Of a stretch of DNA of 64,000 nucleotides, positions 53,251 to 64,000 are shown piece by piece. A program made the position numbers and the translations under genes. The stretch covers positions 27,156,001-27,220,000 of the forward strand of contig CM069135.1 of assembly GCA_035221665.1 (NCBI GenBank), given 5' to 3'. The notes beneath the pieces were generated by a model. It had not been told where the DNA came from, did not search any database, and was given only the letters and a program-made list of their open reading frames with translations. The stretch's first letter is position 1, and every line of letters begins with the position of its first letter. This DNA comes from Okamejei kenojei. Lineage: Eukaryota.

Positions 53251-54670
53251 CACTTGGACCATTTCCGACATTTCCCTACCATTCCTTGACCTCACCATCT
53301 CTATTGCAGGTGATACACTCCTGACCGACATCCACTACAAAAGTCTGAAGAAGGGTCTCGACCCGAAACGTCGCCTATCTCCTTCGCTCCTTAGATGCTG
53401 CTGCACCCGCTGAGTTTCTCCAGCTTTTTGTGTACCCTCCACTACAAACCAACTGACTCCCACGGCTACCTGGACTACTCTTCGTCCCACCCTGCTTCCT
53501 GTAAGGACTCCATCCCCTATTCCCAATTCCTCCGTCTACGCCGCATCTGCTCCCAGGATGAGGTGTTCCACACCAGGTCATCACAAATGGCCTCATTCTT
53601 CAGAGAATGGGGATTCCCCCCCCCCCACTATAGATGAGGCTCGCACCAGGGTCTCCTCCATACCCCGTAACACTGCCCTATCTCCCCATTCCCCCATTCG
53701 CAAACAGGGCAGAGTCCCCCTGGTCCTCACCTTTCACCCCACCAGCCGGCAAATACAACACATAGTCCTCCACCAGTTTCGCCACCTCCACTCGTCACAT
53801 CTTCCCATCTCCCCCCCTGTCTGCCTTCCGCAAAGACCGCTCCCTCCGCAACTCCCTTGTCAATTCTTCCCTTCCCTCCCGCTCTACCCCTTCCCCGGCA
53901 CTTTCCCTTGCAACCGCAAGAAATGCTACACTTGTCCCTTCACCTCCCCCCTCCACTCCTTTCAGGGACCCAAGCAGTCCTTCCAGGTACGACAGAGGTT
54001 CACCTGCACCTCCTCCAACCTCATCTACTGCATCCGCTGCTCCAGATGCCAGATGATCTATATCGGTGAGACCAAGCGGAGGCTTGGCGATCGTTTTGCC
54101 AAACACCTCCACTCGGTCCGCATTAACCAACCCGACCTCCCGGTGGCTCAGCACATCAACTCCCCCTCCCATTCCGTATCCGACCTCTTGGTCCTGGGCC
54201 TCCTCCACGGCCAGCGTGAGCAACACCGCAAGTTGGAGGAACAGCACCTCATATTCCGCTTAGGGAGTCTGCATCCTTTGGGCTTGAACATTGAATTTTC
54301 TCAATTCTGTTAACCCTTGCTGTCTCCTCCCCTTCCCACCTCTCCCTCAGCCCTCGGGCCCTGGCATTCCCTCTCTCTCTATCTCCCTCCCCCACCCTAG
54401 TCGCACCAGCTTCTCATTTTCACACCACAAACAGCTTACGATGGCTTGTTCCCATTATCATTGATACTTTTTTGCATATCTTTCATTCATTGTTCTTTAT
54501 CTCTCCACATCACCGTCTATATCTCTCGTTTCCCTGATCCCTGACCAGTCTGAAGAAGGGTCTCGACCCGAAAGGTCGCCTATCTCCTTCGCTCCTTAGA
54601 TGCTGCTGCATCCGCTGAGTTTCTCCAGCCTTTTGTGTACCCTCGATTCTCCAGCATCTGCAGTTCCTTC
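53250..54670 (+). mobile_element. Penelope-like retroelement: RT C-terminus, GIY-YIG endonuclease and pseudo-LTR with hammerhead core
   Basis: FLDLTISI..TDIHYKPTDSHGYLDYSSSHP...PYSQFLRLRRICS (Penelope RT thumb); SNLIYCIRCSRCQMIYIGETKRRLGDRF.H (GIY-YIG); frameshifted. Confidence 0.92.
53342..53376 (+). ncRNA. Minimal hammerhead ribozyme motif (Penelope-type)
   Basis: CUGAAGA-A-GGGUC-UC-GACCC-GAAA-C-GUC: intact core, 5-bp stem II, palindromic ACGU minimal stem III, GUC triplet (cut predicted after 53372). Confidence 0.7.
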
Positions 54671-56094
54671 TTTAACACTTAATCTACTCCTGAAATTTGG
54701 TTTGGAAGAACAATGCAACATGCACTACATTCCACGTTTACAATCGCCCTTGCATATACAGAATACCTCATAGCTTCCAGCCACGCTTCTGTTGTCAGCA
54801 ATTCCAAATGGCAGTGATCAAGACCACAAGAACTATCGCTTGGCAGATCTGGAGGATCCAACCCACTATTTACAGGAACCGCAGCATGTGAGAGTGAAGG
54901 CCATTTGCCAACTCCCTCACTTCAAACCTGCGGCCAAGTAACAAGCATCATTCTTCTTACGAACTACAAAAGCATGAACCCAACATTACTGCAACAAAAT
55001 AACCCCTCTCTCACCACCCCCCCCCCCCCCCCCCACCACCCCACACACAATAGGGGTGAGGGCTACTTTAATTTCTTATTGATACTGATGCACAGCTAAT
55101 TTTGCCAATTCAACCTAGATTATACCTATTATATCAGTCACTTTCTTACTCATACATCATACAAGTAAGTAGGGCTTACTTTCACCTCTGAACATATCCC
55201 AAATAGGAGAAGTTCACCCTTCCCTGAAGGGCTTTACTCTGAATTCTCCCCAGATTGAAATGACCTCTTCCACCAGACACTAAACCACAGACCCTTAAGG
55301 ATAATCATGAGATAGCTATCACTGGAATGAGTAATCCTCTCACTCTTTCGGAAACATTTCCAGAGCTCAAGAATCTTTTGCCATGATCCCCAACCCACAA
55401 CACTATACTACGCAGTATTTGTGTTAATATACCCCTGGAAAATGTAAATATAGAACAAATACAAACAATGAGCACCTTTGTGCAAGGTCAGTGATTCAAT
55501 GAGCAACCCAGTTAACCTGGTTCTGAAAATAAGGCCAGATTATCAATCTAAACCATAGGAAAAGGAAAATACACAAGTTCCTGTTATGGTGCTGTTCATG
55601 AGCCTGCAAGTGGCTGCATAGCAGCTATCCTGTACAACTGTGATAAACAATGCCCATCTCCTCCACCAGCACTTCATTGGTAAGCTGCTAAATGTTCACT
55701 ACTAGCCTCATGGGTAAAATGCTGGTGGGCAACTATGGCAACATGTAGGATGATGGTTTTATTTGAGAATACTAGGTAGGGCTAGAAAACATATCGTTAT
55801 CATTAATGGTGTGAAAACAGCATTGTGGGACTCAGCGATGCTAATTGTGAAAAACACATTAAGAACAAGAATTGTGATTTTCTTGAGAACAGCCTAGTTG
55901 TGCTGAAACTAACATGGTTGGTTGCTGCATGTGGTTTCCTGTCAATGAGTTGCAAGTTCAATCCTTGCTAAGAAGTGCTTCCTAACATCACCCACCAAAC
56001 TAGTGCTAATTCTAACGTCTTGCCTTATTTGGATTCCTCCACCAGAGAAAATAGTGAAATACTGATTGCAATCTTTACAGTCAGCTCTTTATTG

Positions 56095-56530
56095 AAACAT
56101 AGAAAATATGTGCAGGAGGAAGCCATTTGGCCCTTTGAGCCTGCAACGCCATTCATTGTGAATGGCGTTGCAGGCTAATCAACCACAACCAGTAACCTGT
56201 GCCTACCGTCTCCCCATATCTCTTGATTCCGTTAGCCCCTGGAGCTCTATCTATCTCGCTTTTAAATTCATCCAGTGAATTGGCCTCTACTGCCTTCAGT
56301 GGCAGAGAATTCCACAAATTGACAACTCTCTAGGTGAAAATGTTTTTTCTCACCTCCATTTTAAATGGCCTCCCCTTTATTCTTAGACTGTGGCCCCTGG
56401 TTCTGGACTCCCCCAACATTGGGAACATTTTTCCTGCATCTAGCTTGTCGAGTCCTTTTATAATTTTATATGTTTCTATAAGATTCCCTCTCATCCTTCT
56501 AAATTCCAGTGAATACGAGCCCAGTCTTCC
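56095..56530 (-). mobile_element. CR1 LINE 3' fragment
   Basis: SLEFRRMRGNLIETYKIIKGLDKLDAGKMFPMLGESRTRGHSLRIKGRPF; tail gaaacatagaaaat. Confidence 0.88.
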
Positions 56531-57164
56531 AATCCCCGCTTGGTCTGCTCCAATGGGCAGAAGTAAGAGAAGGTGAGGTCTCCAATCCTTCAGTATAGCA
56601 TTCCTATGCAGCTTTGAATAGCAATCTGAGATGTTGTCATACATCACAGCAGCTTGGAATAATCCTGCGGCTGAAGAGGAATGTGTGAATGTGACAACCT
56701 CTAAAAAGAAATCAGTCAGGCATGTGTGTATACTTGTGGTCGCAGGTAAAATGGTGATGACAATGAATGCTGCTCAAGGGATGGTCCTGTAAATAGCATG
56801 GTTTTAGAGTAAACAGCAATTCTGCATATTGTTCTTCTTTTGCTGGCTTTTGCAGGAATTTTACAACAGAATGAAGGTTTAGGGCTTGACATTTAGGCAC
56901 TATGAAACTCAGAAACATGTGAAAGTCAACTTAAAAAATTGTTATTTTTCAAAATTATGGTGTGTAAATGTCACCAATAATTTCACTGGTCCAACTACAT
57001 TGGAGAGACAGCCAAGAAACAAAACCAATGGCTCTACTTCCACAGAATACTAAGGAAATTTGGCAAGTCACAATCATAGACCAATACAGCACAGAAACAG
57101 GCCCTTCAGCCCACCTTGGCCAGCTGATGATGTCCCATTTGCCTGCATTTGGCCCTTAGCCTTC

Positions 57165-57720
57165 AAGATGACTATCCAATGACTCTTACCAATTTCTATA
57201 GATGCCCCATAGAAAGCATCCTAGCTGGAAGCAATACTTGGTATGGCAACTGCTCTGCCCAAGATTGCAAGAAATTGCTGAGTTGTGGACACACCCCAGT
57301 CCATCACACAAACCAGCCTCTCCATTCCATGTACATTGCACGCTGTGTTGGGAAAACAGCCAACATAATCAGGGACCACTTACACCTTGCTCATGCTCTC
57401 TCCTCCCCTCTCCCGTTGAACAGAAGATACAGAAGCTTGAAAGCACATACATACCACCAGATTCAAGGACAGCTTCCCCACTGTTATCAGACTCCTGAAC
57501 AGATCTCTGATATGTACCACTGATCTTCCAATCACCTAGAAAGCACGCACTTTTATTCAATCTGAATTTTCTCAGTAGTTTGTAACACTATATTTTGCAC
57601 TTTTTTCTTTATCTTTTTGCACAACCTGTTATACTCATGGCATGATCTGCCTAGATGGCATGTAAAACAACATTTTTCACTGTATCTTGGTACGTGGCAA
57701 TAATAAATCAATACCAATGC
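57165..57720 (+). mobile_element. Rex1/L2-type LINE 3' fragment
   Basis: TLTNFYRCPIESILAG..WYGNCSAQDCKKL...RRYRSLKA; tail tttcactgtatcttggtacgtggcaataataaa. Confidence 0.8.
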
Positions 57721-59109
57721 AGAGGTGTGGTCCAAAGGAGCTATTGTTCTGTGTAATATGTTTCAACAAACTGTACCTTGAGGTACAAATAATAATTTAG
57801 AGGTTTAAAGATAATACAAAATCTGGAAATAAGAATAATAATAACAACAGATTATCATAGCATATTCAGCCTGAAAAAGTGGACAAATTTAAGGCAGAGA
57901 AATGTGAAATGATCTATTGTGAAAGCAAGAATATGGAGAAAGAGTACAAACCATACAATAAAATTCCACCGGGAATACTTGAACTGAGACACTTGGAAGT
58001 ATACTTACCCAAGTCTTTGAAGGTGACAAAGTTGAAAAGACTGTTATGAATACTTTTGACGAGATTGGCTGAGGCTGTTCTCTTTGAAGTAGATAGGGAT
58101 CAGAAAAAGTATGATAGAAATATTAGATAATTATGGATCTTTGCCTGAATTAATATGGGGGGGATGTTTTCCAGTTGCACAAGCTTTGGTAACCAGAGGA
58201 CTGCTGTTGAAAGTGACTAATAATTAAGGAAGACATCCTTAAGAAGTGAATTATAATCTGGCCTCCCACTGTGATGTGTAATTCTATGATATTATGGCAT
58301 GCTGCAGAGGGGAAGGGATTGTAAATTGAGTAAACAGGATGTTATTCTCACTTAATTCCTGACCATCCAGGTTTCCCTCCTTGGTCCTGTAATAAATGGT
58401 GAGATCATTGAATCTCTATCCTCATGCTCGTACGCTTCTTCCTGAAATTTATTATCATCTACTCTTCAACAAAAAGCCTTAAATCCTCCATCCATGCAAA
58501 CCACCCCATCTCTAACTCCTAGAATCGCTTTACTCAGGCTTCCACCAAATAATTAGAACCAGTGTGGTATGGGCAATTATAAGGTCATAAGTGATAGCAT
58601 CAGAATTAGGTCATTCGGCCCATCAAGTCGACTCCGCCATTCAATCATGGCTGAACTATCTCTCCTTCCTAATCCCATTGTCCTGCCTTCTCCCCATAAC
58701 CCCTGACACTCGGCCAACATACAATGTGATGAACTACACTATCCTTTCTTCACCCACCTTGTATTATTCTCAGCTACCCAGCCATGGCCAGAGAATCATC
58801 TGCAAGAGATTCTCTTTCTGCAACCACATATTTATCTCTGGCATTCCCAAAAGGTTTAGCCTTGTCCTCGTGTGTAATGAACGTTCTATCCTATTTTTCA
58901 TCTACATTTGAAAACACAGCATCATTTTCCAAAAAATATATTTTTTCATGGTGAACTCTTCTTCATTAGACATTTACTCTTCCACTGTAAATAGTCAGAC
59001 CGTTTGCATGACAACCAGTAGAGGGTGAGCTAGAACTGTAACTAAATCATGGGAAGCTTGAATCCATTACCACAAGCTGCATCCCTGAAGCCACCCACTC
59101 CATTCCTTT

Positions 59110-59211
59110 GTGTAGGAGAGAACAGCAGATGCTGAGTAACTCAGCAGGTCAGGCTGCATCTCTGGAGAGAAGGAATGGGTGACGTTTCGGGTTGAAGCCC
59201 TTCTTCAGACC
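59110..59211 (-). mobile_element. Short Penelope-derived unit with intact hammerhead core and 10-bp TSD
   Basis: CCATTCCTTT at 59100-59109 and 59212-59221; minus strand GGTCTGAAGAAGGGCTTCAACCCGAAACGTCACC. Confidence 0.8.
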
Positions 59212-62129
59212 CCATTCCTTTCCCTAGTTTCGGTCTGAAATTGAACCAGACTGTTTGCAACCAGAGTATTGCATTCAATCTCAAGATGAACATCAGTGCT
59301 TACATCTGCACTATTCCCAATACCATTTATTTCTGCCTCTGTAACCACTTCCAATTTCCCCCTTGCTTAGTTCATTCATGCCTTTGTTACTTCCAGGCTT
59401 GACTATCACAAATAATTCCTAGATGTCATGCTTTTGTTTTACTTGTTATATGCTCAAGGGCATTTAAACTCTGCTGTCCTCCAGTGCAGCTATCTGGACA
59501 ATTCAAAGTTCGTAGCTCCTCCACTGGAGATCATTTCCTCAGCTGCCAATGCCCCAATTTCTGGAATTCCATTGCTGAGTTATTCTAGCCCCTTTCCTCT
59601 TCTGCTTCTAAAAATGAATCTCTTTGCATAGCTTTCGGTCATCACTTGTAATGCTTTGCGTGGTGCAGCAAATATTGTTAGATAATGTTAATGTGAAGCA
59701 CCGAGAGATGGTTTGTTTTGCTGACCGCACTCTTAAGAATACAATTTGTTTTTGTTACCGCTGTGGGAAATAGAAAGTGTGACTGTATGGGGTGAAAAGG
59801 GTCCACCAAGCAATGATCGCATAAACAAGACCGCTGTGAAAATCTTTACTGTGAAAAAAAGGAATATTATAAATGGAACTTATGTCAGCATAGTATATTT
59901 TAAATTTAAATAGAAAACATTCTATTGTTACTTAGTTTTAACTCAAAGAAATACGAGCCAAAGCATCAGTTTTTTTGTGTCATATCAGCCAGAATTTCAA
60001 ACCCCGTTACACCATCACTGTATTTTAATGTGTAGGAAGGAATTGCAGATGCTGGTTTAAACCAAAGTTAGACACAAAAAACTAGAGTAACTCAGCGGGA
60101 CAGGCAGCATTTTAATTTTGGATTTACTTAAACAAAAATGAACCAAACTTCAGCACACAGAGATTGGTGGATATGGAACCAACTCAGGAAAGAAACATTT
60201 TGTAGCTAAACTGAAATTTCTAAAACTCAATACAAATTATTCAAAGGAGCTTGAAATGTGTGAAAGGGCAGAGAGCCTGAATAATTTCAATGCTCTTTTG
60301 TTCTTACAATGAATAATCTCTGCATGTAAATGCTAACTCTTTTCTTGGGTACAATTTAGCATGGTTCACAAAGTCGTGTGAAGCACAGGAAGAATAAAGA
60401 AAAGGAAACATTCAGTGCATTCTGCAATACAAGAAATCTCTTGTGCCAACCATAAAATAACACATGACTGCTGACTCGAACTTGGCAGGAAACCAAGTAT
60501 ATGTGTCGGGTTCAGGTTGATGTGGACAAGACCTCAGGCTTGTGTCATGTTCAGGTTGCATTCGAGGTTTAATGTTATCAGAGCCAAACACTAGTGTAAT
60601 ATTCAAAATTCAGGCACTATACTAAAGAAAACCCCAAACATCTGAAATTCCTTGGGTCCAACAAAGAGTTCAGTGGCGCAGACAACTTATCAAGCACCTC
60701 TACCAGACCATCATTTCCACCTTACAAGTTCATGGGAAAACAAGCCATGTTTAGGCAACATATCCTCATAATCACGTTTCTAACCCTTGGGTATCATTCT
60801 GATTTATGACAGGTATGTAAAGTTACAGGGAAGGCGGCAGTAGCAGGGAAATATCACTCTCACTCATCACTTTCAGCAACATCGTAGAAACCATACAGAT
60901 GTATGGTATGAGAGGGGTATATTTTTTTGGGGGGGGGGGGTGGAGTGTTATGTTGGAAGGAAAGAGGGGTGTGTCCAGCATCCACCTACTAATACAACAT
61001 AGACATTCCCACTCCTCTGCTCAAGTAGGTCCAGATTTAAAATGTTTTACTTTTAAAATGGAACTTTGCCCTGGTGTGGTTAGTGACTATTTTTAGTCAA
61101 CCCATGCTAATGGGATTATTTATTAAATGGGCAGACCAAGTCAAGCTGCTTTTAGTGGAACACTCTCAGTAAATATCCACCATTGGCAGTGGAACTCAGG
61201 ATACAACTAGTTAAACATCTGTATGGTTTCTATAGCTCCGATAATGTAGATAATCTTAGATGTACAGAAGAATCAAGCCATCTTATAATTTATGAATAGA
61301 TGTTCCAAGGGAATTTGAAAATGTTTGATTCTTACATGCCTGAAAACATAAAATGAGCAACAAATCTGAATTATAAGCTGTTAGGAGTAGCATTGTGACC
61401 ATGTTCCATCATTAAATGTAATAAACCGGAAAGTATAAAAGATATATTAAACTAAATGATTACCTGTACATCATGTTGCAATCATGTTGAAAGTATTCCA
61501 TACAATAATGTTTAATTTATAATACTTTGTTTTAGGATAGATCGGCAAACTCAATATGTTTCTTCCTCATCCTGTGTAATTCATATGATCTAAACCAGAG
61601 ACACTGCATTTGGCACAGATTAACTGAGCAGCTGTTTTGCCTGCAGGATATAAAAGAAGCTCAGATTTTCAATGTGAAGCCTTACATGGATGCTTCCAAC
61701 TCTCATTTGTAAAAAAAAGGGCCACAATGCTTGTGCTTCTGAAAAATACAGTGACTGCAATTACAGCTCGAGGAGATGGAAGAACAAAGCTTATGTCTGC
61801 TTGTGAACAAAGCAACTGAAAGCTTTTTGGTCATTCTCTGGTCTACTCAGACAAGAGAGCACCGAGCAGAGCATGGCCATGATTTTTATGGTTTACAGAT
61901 GGAGTGCTTACTTCGATTAGAAGCCCAGATAATGGGAAGGGTGGAGAATCAGGAATTATACATATATATTGGAACAGTATAAACATAGACTCTCCCACAA
62001 TGACAATTATCTGGAATTAAGTAAACATAATCAGGGGAAAGAACTGATCCTGACTGACAAAAACAAGATTATCCAACTGACGATTTGAATAAGTAATTTC
62101 TTAGATAAATGGATAAAATCCACTGCGAT

Positions 62130-62390
62130 TGTTAAGCACGGACTCCCAAAGTTATGTTGACAGTACCTCTTCCCAGCCGGTTCCTTTCAAGGATGCAATC
62201 CCTTTTTCCCAGTTTTCCTGTCCCCTCTCCATCGGCTCTCAAGGTGAGTCTTCCATTCCAGGATGTATGAAATGAGTATCCATTGCAAGGTTACCATCCC
62301 TTTCTTTAAGTTTATTTATCTCCTCCACATCTGCTCTCAAGATTAGGCCTTCCATACCAAGACATAGAAATGTCCTCCTTCTGCCATGGA
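62130..62390 (+). mobile_element. Degenerate Penelope RT fragment
   Basis: TDSQSYVDSTSSQPVPFKDAIPFSQF (cf. TDSHGYLDYSSSHPASCKDSIPYSQF). Confidence 0.6.
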
Positions 62391-63102
62391 CCATGCCATG
62401 CCACCTTCATGAACCACTGTGAAGTTACCCCCCCTGGTCCTCGATGACAGAGGTTTGGGGATTGAGGTGCGCTGTCTTGGTAGCTGAGATAATTACCAGC
62501 AATTCATTTAGGGTCATTAACAGGGTGCCAATCAAATGGGCTCCTTTGCAATAAATGTTGAATTTCTTAAGAGTTGTAAGAACTGCACTATTTCGGGCAA
62601 GTATTCCATCAGATTCCTGCTTTGGTTCTTAAGGATGGTGGAAAAGTTTTGTGGTGTCAGGAAATGAGTCATTTCTCACAAGATTACTGATCTCTGACCT
62701 ACTCTGTTTAAGAAGAAGGGTCTTGACCCGAAACATCACCCATTGCTTCGCTCCATAGATGCGGCCTCACCCACTGAGTTTCTCCAGCATTTTTGTCTAC
62801 CTTCTGACCTACTCTTGTAACGTAGTATCTATGGCCGACATTATTTAATGCTGAAAAATTCTTATGTAAACATCATGCTGTATTTGCACAATTTGGTCAC
62901 TAGGTGGCCTGTGAAGCAAATGTTTTGAGGTATTTTTTCCAGCCAATACACCATCTTGGTTTTCCCACTCGATCAAGGTCCGAACAAGATTGAACAAGAT
63001 CAGTTGTTGAATTTTAAATGCTTTGCTTAAAAACACCCAACATATTCCTATAGGGAACTAACAACAGTGAATTCTTTAGATGCACGAATAGGAAAATGTT
63101 AA

Positions 63103-63402
63103 TTTAGTTTTAGAGATACATCGCAGAAAAAGGCCCTTCGATCCACCGAGTCTGGGCCAACCAGCGATCCCCGCACATTAACACTAGGTACAATTTATAT
63201 TCATAGAAAGCCAAATAATCTACAAACCTGTACGTCTTTGGCATGTGGGAGGGAACCGAAGATCTCGAGGAAAACCCACGCAGTCACAGGGAGAACGTAC
63301 AAACTCCGTACAGACAGCACCCGTGGTCAGGATCGAACCCAGGTCTCTGGCACTGAGAGCGCTATAAAGCAGCAACTCTACCGCTGCACCACCGTGCCGC
63401 CC
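63103..63402 (-). mobile_element. HE1/V-SINE-type SINE, well preserved
   Basis: Reverse complement gggcggcacggtggtgcagcggtagagttgctgc...gacctgggttcgatcctgacc (A/B boxes) with a tctctaaaactaaa tail. Confidence 0.88.
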
Positions 63403-63639
63403 TAATGGAGGAATACCTTTCTAGCACCATAACGAGGTAACTGTTATTATACCACAAGGATATATACAGCGGTTTTCCGTGCTGTATCTCTAAAACTAAA
63501 CTCAAATTTCCCAATTCTTGCATCGTTATTTAGAAATATAGATGTTTAGAAATAGGATACAATTTCTGTAGTTAAAAGCATATTTTATGAATAAATTGCA
63601 AATGTCGTACACTTGCAAAAATGTAAGGGATAAATTAAG

Positions 63640-64000
63640 CAAGTCCAGTGGGCATAGCAAGCAGTGGGAGCATGGGAGGGCTGGCAGGCTCAATTGCATT
63701 TACTTTAATGCATGGAGCCTTACATACAAGTCAGAGGGGTTTAGAGCATTGATTGATCAGCTCCTGGAGATATATTTTGGGTAGCACTGACATCTTAATG
63801 TTCCAAGATATTGAAGTTTTCAGATGTGACAGAGGGGGGAAATAAAAAGATTGCATTACTGATTAGACAGAACATAGTGACAGAACATAGTAGAATGGAC
63901 ATCTGGAAGGATTGCCCAATGAGGTGAATTGCGTAGAATTTAGGAACAATCTAGGGTAATCATTTTTTGCTGGTGTTAAACTAAAGGCACCCCCTTAGTC
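63640..64000 (+). mobile_element. Degenerate CR1 ORF2 endonuclease N-terminus
   Basis: LNCIYFNAWSLTYK..GFRALI, then LNVPRY*SFQ.DR.G-like sequence (APE domain start). Confidence 0.6.

Noticed and set aside
62845-63047. Minus-strand ORF (FLSKAFKIQQLILFNL...) behind ccctatag
   Set aside because: No similarity to the SIPA1L2 PDZ or RapGAP exons or to any family I recognise; it runs into a stop without a clear donor.
63330-63402. tRNA-like A/B boxes as a tRNA gene
   Set aside because: This is the head of an HE1/V-SINE, continuing into the SINE core and tail; no complete cloverleaf.

Overview
Vertebrate genomic DNA, AT-rich and CpG-depleted. The repeat content (HE1/V-SINEs, SacSINE1-like Deu-SINEs, CR1, Rex1/Babar, L1-Tx1, Penelope) points to a cartilaginous fish, probably a skate or ray (inference). 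The window appears to lie inside one minus-strand gene, sipa1l2 (SPAR2, RapGAP/PDZ scaffold). I traced seven coding exons of the region after the PDZ domain, with GT-AG boundaries and consistent phases (45205-44948, 33100-32948, 30222-30116, 27183-27086, 25238-24841, 23618-23394, 16204-16042). I did not find the PDZ exon or the following 'RTLSDES' exon, so they probably lie outside the window. The introns are packed with mostly dead, often nested transposons. The most notable signals are: (1) a dispersed ~130-bp Penelope-derived unit with a minimal hammerhead ribozyme core, one copy of which (59170-59220, sense to the pre-mRNA) gains an 11-bp stem I from its target-site duplication; (2) a complete non-autonomous Helitron (47021-48003); (3) a candidate internal first exon (43056-43010) in phase with the next exon; (4) an in-frame alternative acceptor; (5) several fold-back structures. 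Protein and repeat family assignments come from recalled motifs, not database searches. Repeat boundaries are approximate unless a TSD or terminus is quoted.
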